This document shows, piece by piece, positions 1 to 10,285 of a stretch of DNA of 64,000 nt. Numbering within the stretch: the first letter of the stretch is position 1; every line of letters starts with the position of its first letter. The notes under the pieces were generated by a model. That model did no database searches, was not told where the DNA came from, and was given only the letters and a program-made list of their open reading frames with translations. The position numbers were made by a program, and so were the translations under genes. Source of the stretch: a virus (lineage: Duplodnaviria > Caudoviricetes); the IMG/VR virus record IMGVR_UViG_3300020036_001753, positions 26,847-90,846 of that record, one strand, 5' to 3'.

Positions 1-2
1 CT

Positions 3-3000
3 CAGGGTTATATTAATAAAGTAGCAGAGTATGCACAAGTTTATTATTATAATGTGATTGAATCTAGCTATTATACTGGCGGAGGAGAGTCGGTTTATTC
101 TTACAATAAACCTAATTTTCTTACTAGATTTTTTAATAAGTTTACTAGATTAAATAAGGTTGACAGTCTAGATGCTACTAAAGATAAGCAAGATATTCTG
201 GATTTTATTAAGGAGTATATGCAAGATACTGGTATGATATTCAGTAATTGGGTATATGAGAATGGTAGTAATAATACCTTTTTGAAAGTTCGTCAAGGTG
301 AAAAGACTTTAGAGGAATTGACAATTGATGATCTTAATATCGAAGCTATTAAAAACTTTGAGTTTAATTTACTTGATACAGTTAAACAAGAGAATAGTAA
401 TGTTGTTGTGGATTATTCTTCTATGAGTGGTGAAGATTGGAAGATGTTTACGTTACTAGAATACTTGAATGGCGCAAAAGGATTTGCCAACATCCCTATA
501 TTGATACAGAGTGATAGTAGCAATATTTATACGCTGCAATTACCTAAGATTAGTATATACGAAGCTGGTTCAGTTTTTACTGATAAAGGCATTAAGCGTA
601 GCTCTAAGCTATTTAAAGCTGTAGAAAATACAGTTATTCAAGAAATAGCTAGAATGCAAGTAGCTAAAAATTTGTTATTCGATGAAATTAAGAATGATGC
701 TGGCGTAGTTATAGGCTTATCACCTAAGCAGTTTGATAATGCTATGCTTGCTTCTTTAGAACAAGGTTATCATTATGATACTTTAGGTAAAGATGGTCAA
801 CCTATTCTATTAGATTCTGCAGGATTTCCTACTGGAAGAGTATTTAAATTTCAGAATACTAATTATAGTTCTGCTACTGGAGAGATTATAAGTCTTAATA
901 ATTCTCCAGAGTTGTTTAGCTTTGGTATCTTTAGAAGAGATATGGTTAGAAATCTAATTATCAATGATCATATTGAAAGCTTTATTAATGATCTTGTTAA
1001 GTCTCATCTTAAGATTTATAAATCTTTTGAAGGCAATATAACTATAGCAGAGAAGGGTAAGAAAACAAAGTTGTTAAGTAGCTATTCTAATTACGCAGAC
1101 TTTATAGCGGAGTTTGCTATCAATACTTATTTATCTAATGTAGAGCAGTCTAATTGGATGTCTGGTCTTTTAGGACAATATAAGTCTTGGGTTGAAAGTA
1201 ATAAGAGAGCTAAGCAATTAACTTCTCCTGCACAAACTGCTGGAACTGCTTATAGAGGAGTTACATATAAAGCTGCTGTTGTAGAAGATGCAAACCTAGC
1301 ATCTTCCTATCTACAGGGAATAAAAGCCAGTTTGATTAGCAGTCTGAAAAATAAATATCCTGGTTTAGTATACAGAGAGAAAACAAAAGCTAAACGTAAT
1401 GCTTTAGAAATTGAAGTAGATAAGATTTTAAAAGCTTATAGCAGGACTACTGTTTCTGATGGACAATCATATATGACTTTGGATAGGCTTGAAAAAGTAC
1501 TTAAGGATTTTGGAAGATGGAATAAGAAGTATGAGATGCTTTTTGCTAAAATTAAAGCTGGTGCAACCTTAACTGAAAATGATATTAGTTTATTACTTGT
1601 ACCTATGAAACCTTATTACTATTACAAAAATGTAAATGGTAATACAAGTTCTGTAAGATCAACTCAAGTAAAGACAGCTATCATTCCTTTGATTCCTCAA
1701 TTGATTAAAGGTACTGGTTTGGAAAGAGTTCTAGCTAACATGGAGAAAAATAGTGTTGATGAGATTTATTTTAAATCTGCGGTTAAAGTAGGCGGAACTT
1801 ATACAAACAAGATACTTGATAATAAAGGAAATGTTCTTAAGAACTTTGATCTTATTGCTGCTGATTATTACAACGAAGGATGGGGATTGCAATTAGATTT
1901 ACCTCAACACTTGAAAGATCAGCAAAATAAGTTAGGGATACAGATAGCTAAGTTAATATTCAGTAACTTACCTGCTACAACACAATTTGCTGTAGGAAGT
2001 ACTACCTATACTGGCGAGCAGTTATTTAAACTGTTTACAGATTTGCAAGAAGCCAATCTTAAGCAGGACTTAAATACTTTGCTAGAGGAACTTGGAGTAT
2101 TCAGATTTGAGGAATTGTATGATGCTTTAGATAGTTTAAATACTGGTAGAGTAAGTGATCCTTCATTTGGATTTACTGATTATAATAAAGTTGCTGAGAT
2201 TCTTAAAGATGAGATAATCAAACGTAATTTACCTTTGCATTATCTTAACTTTATTGAATTAGATCCATTAGATAATACGTTTAAGATACCATTGTCTTTA
2301 GGATTTTTAGGTAACAAGTTTCAACAAATTCTTACAGCATTGTTTACTAATAGAATAACAGATCAAAAGTTTCCTGGGGGTCACGTTGCTCTTATTAGTG
2401 ATATTATGTTTACGCATATTGAAAATCCAACAGACTTAGGTATAGAATTTATTAGTACTGGAGAAAAAGGTAAGGAAGTTCAAGAGAGATTAAAATCCGG
2501 TAACTTTAGATTACAGCCTCCGATTATTGTAAATGAAACTACTTTGAAAGTAGAAGCTATTATGCCTGCTTGGAGTAAGAAGTTTTTTAAGAATGGTAAT
2601 AGAGTATCTATTAACGAAATTCCTGAAGAGCTTAGGACTATGGTTGGTTATAGAATTCCAACTGAAGAAAAGTATTCAATGGTAGTATTAGAAGTTATTG
2701 GATTTGCTCCTGAAGGTCTTGATACGTTTGCAATACTTCCTGGCGAATTAGTTACTAAAACTGGTTGGGATTTTGATATTGATACATTGTATCTAATGCA
2801 AAAAACTTTCGATGTTAATCTGAAAGAATATAAATATACAACAGATAGAGATAAGTTGTTTAGACAATTTGTTATCAATAGAACTAATGTTAATATTTAT
2901 AAAGATTTTGCAGAAGATAAGAAAGCTATTATCAAAGATTTTGCAGAATTTTATGGAGTGCCTGCTGATAACTTAGGTGAAGTATTTGATTATCTTAATC

Positions 3001-5585
3001 AGCTTATCGCAGATGAAAAGGAACGTCAATCTTTACTTGATTGGATTGATAATTCAGATATTACAGCATTACGGTTCGATATTGAATATGTAAAAGCTAT
3101 AGGACAAGAAATAGCAGAAGCAAAAGCACGTATTGCTACGACTGAAGAAATGTATCGTGATGAATTTAATGCCTATACTACTGAGGAACTAAATAGTAAA
3201 GCTGCTCGGAATAATAGAATATTTGATATCTTCAAAGGTATCCTATCTTCTCCTGATATATACGCACAAGCTATGACACCTGGTGCATTTTCTGATATGG
3301 CTGATCTTAAAACTAAAGTTGAAAAGCTAATAGGAGATTCAGGTAGTCGTTATAATCCTCATACTAGGGCTGGTCAAGATAGCTTTAGAGATAAGAATAT
3401 TTCTGGAGTTATTCTTAAAGGTATTTCTGCTTCTATTAATGGAGCGTTGCCTATATTCCAGCAAACAGAGTCTCAATTTAGTGACGATTTAGCTTTCACT
3501 ATAATAGAGAATGGCGAAACAAAAATATATAAAGCTATAGGTAAAAGAGATGACGGCACTGTTTATGGTGAAAACGGTAATCTTATTACTAATGGTACTG
3601 CACAATTACTTGGTAATACTGTTGATATTGTTAAGGAAGGATTTCCCTATAATATAAACGTGGAGACAGTTTATATATTTTCTGCAATGCTTATAACAGG
3701 TATTAGTATTGATTATGCTGGTACGTTTATACGTCAACCTATAGTAAATAAATATGTTTCTACTGTTATCAATGATAAAACTCTGTTTGGTTCAAATAAA
3801 TCTAATGCGTATTCTAAAGTAAAAAGAGAATATCAAACTAAGCTGTATCATTTAATGGTATCGGAAGGACTTATTGATACTAAAGATGCTGTTAAGAGAA
3901 AACAACTAGTGCTAAACAAAGAAAAGAATAAATGGGAATGGTCTGCTAAACCTATTTATTTACGTGAAGATGAATCTGCTATCTTAGAAGTTCCTGGTAC
4001 AACTGCTTGGAGTGTAGAAGAACTAAATGATATGTTAGCAGTAGAGAATCCTTATACAGTTTCTAAGCTATCTAATGCAGATAAAATTAAGTTTCTTAGA
4101 GAACAATTAGCTTTATTGGAAAGATACAGAGTTTATGAAAATACTGGACAAGCGTTACAATCTAATGTTAATCTTCTTGTTACAGATAAGATGGGAATCG
4201 GACCTAATATTAACGTTACTAGAGAATGGTCAGAACGTGTATCTGAAGAGATTAATAATAGTTTAGATAATGATAGTGGAATTTTCACTAAAGATGGAGA
4301 AGCTTTGCTTAGTGCTATTTATAGTAATGAAGAATCTGCTTACGCTCCTTTAGCTAATTATGTAACTTATGGTAATGCTCCTGGTTATAATATACTTAGC
4401 AAGCTTTTCTTTACTACTAGTAATAACTTTAATAACTTTAAAGATATTCTTAATATAAAGAATGGAGATGCTCTAGTAGATAATTACTTATTGCAAGCGT
4501 TAGTAAGTATGATGCCTTATGCACAAGCTCTTAATACTCCGGAAATACTAGGTATAAATAAAGAGTTTACGCCTGTATTTGATTTTACTTCGCAATCTAT
4601 TGAAGAGTTTGATGCATTAAGTACTGCTAACAAATTGTTCTTAATTAAGAATAACTTAACTACAGTGTTAGCTAAAGAAAGAGCGCATTTTCTTAACTTC
4701 TTAGAGCCAAACATCGACGCTAACGTTATTAAACGTAGAGGATTTCACTTTATCAATTTTAATAAGCCCAAGTCTACTGATAACATTGATGATACTATCA
4801 TAATATCTTTTGAAAAGCTTATTAACTCTGATAATAAGTTCTTAGCTAATTTAGGTAAGAGTTTGGTTGACTATAACGTAGCTTTGTATGGATTGAATTT
4901 TGCTTCTAATTCTTGGAGTAATTATATACCTGCTACTTATTTGGTTAATACTATGCAAGTTGATAAAGCTTTTAAGAATTACGAATTTAGATTGAATTCA
5001 GGAGAGACTTTAGTTTCTTATGATACTGATACTTTCTATAGAAATAATTGGGATAATACTAATATTGTTCCTCAAGTTTATTCTAATTATGCTAAAGATG
5101 CAAGTGGAAGATACCTTATGGAAGAGGATGAATATGGGCAACCATTAGGTTATGAAGTTATTGATAATAAACCTGATTGGTCGGCAGCTAGTAATAGTAG
5201 TATATTACCTATTAGCAAGAAGAGATTAGCTAAAGAAGATAGCAAGATTAAAAGAGCAAAGTTCTTGTTAATATCTAAACTAGTTAAAGGTGAAAAAGTT
5301 ACTACACTATTCAAACGGTATTTTACTGGAATACGTGAAATAGATAATATATACGATACTAAAATAAGTAATGCTGTATATTATTATCCTATCGGAAAGC
5401 TTGGAGGTAAGTTAAAAAATACCGAATTTACAGCCAATTCAATGTACGCTGAAAATAACGTTGCTTATCCAGCAGAAGTTTTTGAAAAGATGTTAGAACA
5501 TAAATATTTAGGAAATACATTAACTCCTTCGGAAGCTAAAGCTATAATAGAAGCTGAACGTAACGAAGATAAATCTTGTAAATAG
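3..5585 (+). CDS. Virion-associated single-chain RNA polymerase, crAss-like (5'-truncated)
   Basis: Frame is open from position 3, so the listed start at 54 is not the true start. GYRIPT and KTGWDFDIDTLY (catalytic DxDxD) motifs. SDGQSY, FKSAVKVG and GLQLDLP blocks are as recalled for crAss-like vRNAPs. Ends in TAG. Confidence 0.92.
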   Translation, partial: QGYINKVAEYAQVYYYNVIESSYYTGGGESVYSYNKPNFLTRFFNKFTRLNKVDSLDATKDKQDILDFIKEYMQDTGMIFSNWVYENGSNNTFLKVRQGEKTLEELTIDDLNIEAIKNFEFNLLDTVKQENSNVVVDYSSMSGEDWKMFTLLEYLNGAKGFANIPILIQSDSSNIYTLQLPKISIYEAGSVFTDKGIKRSSKLFKAVENTVIQEIARMQVAKNLLFDEIKNDAGVVIGLSPKQFDNAMLASLEQGYHYDTLGKDGQPILLDSAGFPTGRVFKFQNTNYSSATGEIISLNNSPELFSFGIFRRDMVRNLIINDHIESFINDLVKSHLKIYKSFEGNITIAEKGKKTKLLSSYSNYADFIAEFAINTYLSNVEQSNWMSGLLGQYKSWVESNKRAKQLTSPAQTAGTAYRGVTYKAAVVEDANLASSYLQGIKASLISSLKNKYPGLVYREKTKAKRNALEIEVDKILKAYSRTTVSDGQSYMTLDRLEKVLKDFGRWNKKYEMLFAKIKAGATLTENDISLLLVPMKPYYYYKNVNGNTSSVRSTQVKTAIIPLIPQLIKGTGLERVLANMEKNSVDEIYFKSAVKVGGTYTNKILDNKGNVLKNFDLIAADYYNEGWGLQLDLPQHLKDQQNKLGIQIAKLIFSNLPATTQFAVGSTTYTGEQLFKLFTDLQEANLKQDLNTLLEELGVFRFEELYDALDSLNTGRVSDPSFGFTDYNKVAEILKDEIIKRNLPLHYLNFIELDPLDNTFKIPLSLGFLGNKFQQILTALFTNRITDQKFPGGHVALISDIMFTHIENPTDLGIEFISTGEKGKEVQERLKSGNFRLQPPIIVNETTLKVEAIMPAWSKKFFKNGNRVSINEIPEELRTMVGYRIPTEEKYSMVVLEVIGFAPEGLDTFAILPGELVTKTGWDFDIDTLYLMQKTFDVNLKEYKYTTDRDKLFRQFVINRTNVNIYKDFAEDKKAIIKDFAEFYGVPADNLGEVFDYLNQLIADEKERQSLLDWIDNSDITALRFDIEYVKAIGQEIAEAKARIATTEEMYRDEFNAYTTEELNSKAARNNRIFDIFKGILSSPDIYAQAMTPGAFSDMADLKTKVEKLIGDSGSRYNPHTRAGQDSFRDKNISGVILKGISASINGALPIFQQTESQFSDDLAFTIIENGETKIYKAIGKRDDGTVYGENGNLITNGTAQLLGNTVDIVKEGFPYNINVETVYIFSAMLITGISIDYAGTFIRQPIVNKYVSTVINDKTLFGSNKSNAYSKVKREYQTKLYHLMVSEGLIDTKDAVKRKQLVLNKEKNKWEWSAKPIYLREDESAILEVPGTTAWSVEELNDMLAVENPYTVSKLSNADKIKFLREQLALLERYRVYENTGQALQSNVNLLVTDKMGIGPNINVTREWSERVSEEINNSLDNDSGIFTKDGEALLSAIYSNEESAYAPLANYVTYGNAPGYNILSKLFFTTSNNFNNFKDILNIKNGDALVDNYLLQALVSMMPYAQALNTPEILGINKEFTPVFDFTSQSIEEFDALSTANKLFLIKNNLTTVLAKERAHFLNFLEPNIDANVIKRRGFHFINFNKPKSTDNIDDTIIISFEKLINSDNKFLANLGKSLVDYNVALYGLNFASNSWSNYIPATYLVNTMQVDKAFKNYEFRLNSGETLVSYDTDTFYRNNWDNTNIVPQVYSNYAKDASGRYLMEEDEYGQPLGYEVIDNKPDWSAASNSSILPISKKRLAKEDSKIKRAKFLLISKLVKGEKVTTLFKRYFTGIREIDNIYDTKISNAVYYYPIGKLGGKLKNTEFTANSMYAENNVAYPAEVFEKMLEHKYLGNTLTPSEAKAIIEAERNEDKSCK

Positions 5586-5586
5586 T

Positions 5587-8500
5587 ATGATTTGTACTTT
5601 TAATGCACCAAACGGAGAAGCTTCAAATTTATATTCAGAAGTTAAAGATGCTTATGGTTCTTTAGCAGCAGAAGCTACGTATGCTTTTGTTAGAACTCCT
5701 GAATTTAAAGAACGATATCCAGAAGCTTTATTTTCTTATCAAGGTGAACCTGAATTTGGTTGGCTACTAACTAATAATTTAATTAGAAATTTTGCTGATC
5801 CTACACCTTTGGAAAGTAAAGTTTATCAAGATTTTACTAGATTAGCTGATATATTTGAGGAGTATGTACCTAACCTATATCTTAGAGAAGATACCGAATT
5901 GAATGCAAGTGCGGAAATAGGTTATGACGCAAATAATGTTCCTTACATAGCTTTCAATCCTAATAGAATTGCAGCTGATAGTATTTTTCATGAATTTGGA
6001 CACCTTTACGTAGATTTATTAGGATATACTAATCCTTTAATTCAGGCAGGTATTGATCAATTGAGAGGTACTACTCTTTGGAATAATATTCAAAGACTGT
6101 ATCCTGATTTGAATGACGAACAACTTGGAAAAGAAGTATTAACTACTGCAATAGGAAACCAAAGCTTACTTCTACAGGGAGATAATAAAATTGTATTTAT
6201 AATTAATCAGATACTTAGAAAGATTGCTGAACTATTAGGATTAGAAATAGACATAGCGAAGAAACTAGCTTCTGAATTAATTACTGGTAACGTTGAAAAG
6301 AAACTTAGAGGAAAACTCTCCCTGTATAGACAACAACGACGTTTTGAATTGGTTAATGATGCTTTTATAACTAAGAAAAGTTTTTTGATTAAAGCTAGAA
6401 ATTCACTTATCAAAAAGATAAATGATTTCTATTCGCATTTATCGGCAGCTGAAAAAGCTAAAGATATTAGTTATACTAAACTATCTACATTCAAGCAAAT
6501 GCTGGATAATGCTATTGAGTCTAACGAGGATATTGGTATCTTAAATTTCATTAAGAATACTTATGAACTAGCAACTAGTCTTAATGCAAGATTAGATCAA
6601 ATAGTTGATGGAACTTGGAGAGATGCTCGAACTGGAAGAACTGAAGTTACAGCTGAAGATATTCTTAATATTCAAAATTACAATAGTCTTTTTGGTTTAG
6701 CTACCGAATTGATTGAACTTGTAGAAACTGATCCTAGTTTGAAACTGCGTATTAGTATGTTAAAACTAGATAACGCTTTACAGGATATAGCAGCTAAACA
6801 TATTAAGATAGCAAATCTTAGTAAACAACTTGGTATCAAGATTGGAAGTAAGCTACTAAGAAAAAGCGGTGCAGGAATTAATAAAGAAGAAGCCTTACAA
6901 AGACAGAAGCTGGAAAGAGAATACAATCAAACAAATAAGGAAGAACGTAATGCCGCTAATACTCCTGGAAAGAAACGCAGATTTGCAGAGAAACGGACTA
7001 AGTGGGTGAATGAGCAATTGCCTAAGTCTGAAGATACTAGTTATTATGATTATATTTTACAACAATCTAATAGAGATATATCTTATTTAGACAGATTGTT
7101 TGTAGATGCGGATAAGCTTAATGATGAATTAATAAATACAGTTAGTGAAATTCTTGATAAAGTCGATTACGAAACCATGACTGCTGTAAATAAAGAATAC
7201 GATGCTTTAAATGCAGTATTCCTAGATTACAGTAAAAAACATCCCCAGGGAGATCAATTTGAAAAGTATAAAGATTTGCTTGAAGATGAAGTTATTTATA
7301 AAGATGGCAAAATTGTAAAGACTGGTAAAAAGAATACTAAATTAGCTAGTAAATATTATTCAATATTTATTGCTGAACATAATAAGGCTTGGGAAAAGTA
7401 TCATGAATTAGGTAATACTTTAGGTTACAAAAGTAAAGAAGCTAAAGCGGAGTATAAAAAAGTATTAGTTTGGCGTAACGCTAACATGGTTAATAAAGGT
7501 ACTAAAGCTGACCCAGTTTGGATTGCTAATGACAAATGGCTTAATCCTGCATATGATGCTATTAAAGACGATCCTATGTATAAGTATCTTACTAATTCTC
7601 TTATTGAAGCTGATTTAAATTTGCCTACGGCAGCTAAACTAGTTCGTAGTAGATATGGAGTTAACTCATTTGAATTACCTTCAATTAAGAGAAGAGGTCT
7701 AGAAAAGGTTTATCGCGATGGATTGTTTTCTACTATCAAAGAGAAGTGGGATGCTTTTTGGACTAAGTCTGCTGAAGATGATACTGCTTATGGAACTACA
7801 GTAGTTGTAGATACTTTGAATGACGCTTTGTTAGTAACAACTAATGAAGCTGGAGTTGAGCAAAACTCAATTCCGATTCACTTTAGGCATACTATTTCCA
7901 AAGAAGATCAATCCTACGATCTGCCTAGTATAATCTTATTGAATTATCATATGGCATTGAATTATAAAAACAAAACTAATGTTCGATTTGATATAGAATT
8001 AATCAGAACTTTGGCTGCCGAAAGAGATGTAGTTAAAACTGATGTAGGATTCTTGAGAGGTTTGAAATATAAGCTTGATAGAGTGTTATACAGAAAGACA
8101 GCAGATAAGGAATCTGATAAGCCTGGAGAACAAATTCCATTAACAGAAAAAGGAGAATTTAGTAATGCTTTTGCAGCATTAGATTCTATGATCGAACATA
8201 GATTATATGGAATTAGTACTTTATCTAGTGTTCAAGTTAATAAGATAGTTAATGCTATTGCTGGATATACGGGTCATACGTTGTTAATGCTTAATTATTT
8301 ATCAGCCGGAGCTAACTTAGCTACCGGTATGATGTATAATATGTTTAGAGTTTCTCCTAGATTTTATACTAGAGATAACTTTGCAAAAGCTCATGCTAAA
8401 TACGTAGCTAATATTCATACCATAGTTGGAGATATTGGAAAGCGAGTTCCTACTAGTAAAGTTAATTTGTTAATAAGAAAATTTAATGCTTTTGGAGATT

Positions 8501-9573
8501 GGGAAGCGGTAGCAAAACAATTTGTTAATGATACTAGACTTAAACAGATGGCAGATTTAGGAACAATGCACTTTATGAATCATAGTGCAGAGCATATGAT
8601 ACAGTCTATCTTAATGCTTTCTGTCCTAGATAACATTAAAGTTAAGAATAAAGATGGATTATATATTACTGCATCTGGCGAAACTACTGACGATATAAAT
8701 AAAGCGATGTCTTTAGACGAAGCTTATGATGTTATTGATGGAGATTTAGTATTAAAACCTGGTGTAGATTCATCTTCTTTTCAAGATAGTATTAATGATT
8801 CTGAAAGCTTTTCTAAAGATACAGAATTTTTAGTTAGTCGAATGATTAGGGAATTAAATTCTCAAATACAGGGGCAGTACAGTCCTCAAAAGAAAGCTGA
8901 AATTCAGAGACATTGGTATGGAGTTTTAGTTATGTTATTGAGAAAATGGATGCCTGCTGGATTAAAGTATAGATGGAGAGGTGTTGAAAGTATGTTTAAA
9001 GATAAGGATAATCTATTGGAAGATGAAATTTTCTATGACAAAGCTTTAAACGAAATTCAGGAAGGATACTACGTTACTACTGGTAGAATATTAACTACTT
9101 TGATAAGACACGGAAAGCAGATTAAATGGGAAATAGTAAAGCAAGAATGGAGTGAACTAACTGATGAGGAAAAAGCTAATGTTATTAGAACTGTTAAAGA
9201 ATTTGTTACAGTTGTAACACTTTTAGCTATCGGAAGTATGTTTAAAGAGATGGGCGACGATGACGAAGGAAATGTAGGTTACTATTTGATAGCTTTTTAT
9301 GCGCTAAGATTGCAACGGGAAATGATGACGTTTGTTAATCCTGCAGAATTTAGTTCTACAATTAGGACTCCAACCGTAGCTATTGCAATGTTAGATAGAG
9401 GTATAGCTTTACTTTGGCAAATGCTTCATCCTTTTGAAAGATATGAAACTGGTGCTAGAGATGGAGAGCTAAAGATAATTAAGAAGCTACAAGACTTTGT
9501 GCCGATTGCTAAGCAGATTGATAGAGAATTAGTAGAAGCAGTTAATTGGATGTATAGTAAGCGGATTAGATAG
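5587..9573 (+). CDS. Large virion cargo/ejection protein with zincin-like HExxH motif
   Basis: 1328 aa, starts 1 nt after the RNAP stop. DSIFHEFGHLY motif at 5989-6003. Largely helical with hydrophobic C-terminal segments. Position matches crAss-like cargo genes. Confidence 0.7.
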   Translation: MICTFNAPNGEASNLYSEVKDAYGSLAAEATYAFVRTPEFKERYPEALFSYQGEPEFGWLLTNNLIRNFADPTPLESKVYQDFTRLADIFEEYVPNLYLREDTELNASAEIGYDANNVPYIAFNPNRIAADSIFHEFGHLYVDLLGYTNPLIQAGIDQLRGTTLWNNIQRLYPDLNDEQLGKEVLTTAIGNQSLLLQGDNKIVFIINQILRKIAELLGLEIDIAKKLASELITGNVEKKLRGKLSLYRQQRRFELVNDAFITKKSFLIKARNSLIKKINDFYSHLSAAEKAKDISYTKLSTFKQMLDNAIESNEDIGILNFIKNTYELATSLNARLDQIVDGTWRDARTGRTEVTAEDILNIQNYNSLFGLATELIELVETDPSLKLRISMLKLDNALQDIAAKHIKIANLSKQLGIKIGSKLLRKSGAGINKEEALQRQKLEREYNQTNKEERNAANTPGKKRRFAEKRTKWVNEQLPKSEDTSYYDYILQQSNRDISYLDRLFVDADKLNDELINTVSEILDKVDYETMTAVNKEYDALNAVFLDYSKKHPQGDQFEKYKDLLEDEVIYKDGKIVKTGKKNTKLASKYYSIFIAEHNKAWEKYHELGNTLGYKSKEAKAEYKKVLVWRNANMVNKGTKADPVWIANDKWLNPAYDAIKDDPMYKYLTNSLIEADLNLPTAAKLVRSRYGVNSFELPSIKRRGLEKVYRDGLFSTIKEKWDAFWTKSAEDDTAYGTTVVVDTLNDALLVTTNEAGVEQNSIPIHFRHTISKEDQSYDLPSIILLNYHMALNYKNKTNVRFDIELIRTLAAERDVVKTDVGFLRGLKYKLDRVLYRKTADKESDKPGEQIPLTEKGEFSNAFAALDSMIEHRLYGISTLSSVQVNKIVNAIAGYTGHTLLMLNYLSAGANLATGMMYNMFRVSPRFYTRDNFAKAHAKYVANIHTIVGDIGKRVPTSKVNLLIRKFNAFGDWEAVAKQFVNDTRLKQMADLGTMHFMNHSAEHMIQSILMLSVLDNIKVKNKDGLYITASGETTDDINKAMSLDEAYDVIDGDLVLKPGVDSSSFQDSINDSESFSKDTEFLVSRMIRELNSQIQGQYSPQKKAEIQRHWYGVLVMLLRKWMPAGLKYRWRGVESMFKDKDNLLEDEIFYDKALNEIQEGYYVTTGRILTTLIRHGKQIKWEIVKQEWSELTDEEKANVIRTVKEFVTVVTLLAIGSMFKEMGDDDEGNVGYYLIAFYALRLQREMMTFVNPAEFSSTIRTPTVAIAMLDRGIALLWQMLHPFERYETGARDGELKIIKKLQDFVPIAKQIDRELVEAVNWMYSKRIR

Positions 9574-9695
9574 TAGAAAGCTGTACGAGCCGTATGTAGT
9601 TCCATTGTTGACTAACGTGTACGTACTCATGTCCAGGAACGCTATGTAATACTCATGTTATTTGACCATCTTTTCAGGCTTATAGCATTGTTAAA

Positions 9696-9722
9696 GTAAA
9701 AAGTAACCCCAGCGGGGTTACT
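9696..9722 (-). terminator. Intrinsic terminator at the convergent junction
   Basis: agtaacccc-agc-ggggttact 9-bp stem followed by TTTTTACTTT on the minus strand. Confidence 0.75.
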
Positions 9723-9731
9723 AGATTGTTC

Positions 9732-10028
9732 TTAAACAAAGTCTATAGGATTCCAGTAACAATTAAGATCATCATTTTTTACAGTTTCTTCAGCTTCCGT
9801 ATTCTTTTGATGTTTATTATTACTGTTTAAATCTGTATTCAGTAGCAATAGTATATCTTGTCTATTACGGTATTGATCTTTAGCAATAGTTATTTCTATT
9901 GGAAGAACTTTACGAAGTTCCTCGAAAGGAATATCCGTTAAAAATTGTACTATTGACTTCTTTACGAGGCTTTCTAAAACATCAGCAGAAAGGTCCAAAG
10001 GTATGCCAGCTTGGTATTTATAGATCAT
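9732..10028 (-). CDS. Hypothetical protein
   Basis: 98-aa ORF lying between two terminator-like hairpins. Confidence 0.65.
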   Translation of the reverse strand: MIYKYQAGIPLDLSADVLESLVKKSIVQFLTDIPFEELRKVLPIEITIAKDQYRNRQDILLLLNTDLNSNNKHQKNTEAEETVKNDDLNCYWNPIDFV

Positions 10029-10045
10029 AGTTGTAAGAATTTAAT

Positions 10046-10076
10046 AAGGGATGCAGCAGTATTTGCTACATCCCTT
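10046..10076 (-). terminator. Terminator-like hairpin
   Basis: aagggatgcagca-gtatt-tgctacatccctt inverted repeat directly after the stop of the 10082-10285 gene. Confidence 0.6.
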
Positions 10077-10081
10077 TATTA

Positions 10082-10285
10082 TTAAACTTCAGTAATCATT
10101 ACATAAAAGTAAACTATATCAACGATACTCATTCCTACTAAGTAATCTGTAGCATATTTGATAACTGTTTTAATATTAACAGGCTTATCTAAATTTGCAA
10201 GTCTTTCCTTAGTAGCTTTGAATATCATATAGTTAGCTATTATCAGTAACCCTACTGTTTTAAACAGAATCGAATGAAAAAGCAT
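10082..10285 (-). CDS. Small membrane protein
   Basis: 67 aa with two hydrophobic segments; overlaps the end of the upstream gene. Confidence 0.55.
   Translation of the reverse strand: MLFHSILFKTVGLLIIANYMIFKATKERLANLDKPVNIKTVIKYATDYLVGMSIVDIVYFYVMITEV

Noticed and set aside
2648-6926. Short antisense ORFs inside the RNAP and cargo genes, and similar ones throughout the window
   Set aside because: Fully nested opposite long genes, with no motifs or initiation context.
5583-9576. TAG-to-Gln recoding as in some crAss-like phages
   Set aside because: Genes are long and intact under the standard code. TAG ends several real genes (5585, 9573, 41749, 50680, 56880), and read-through at 5585 meets TAA within a few codons.
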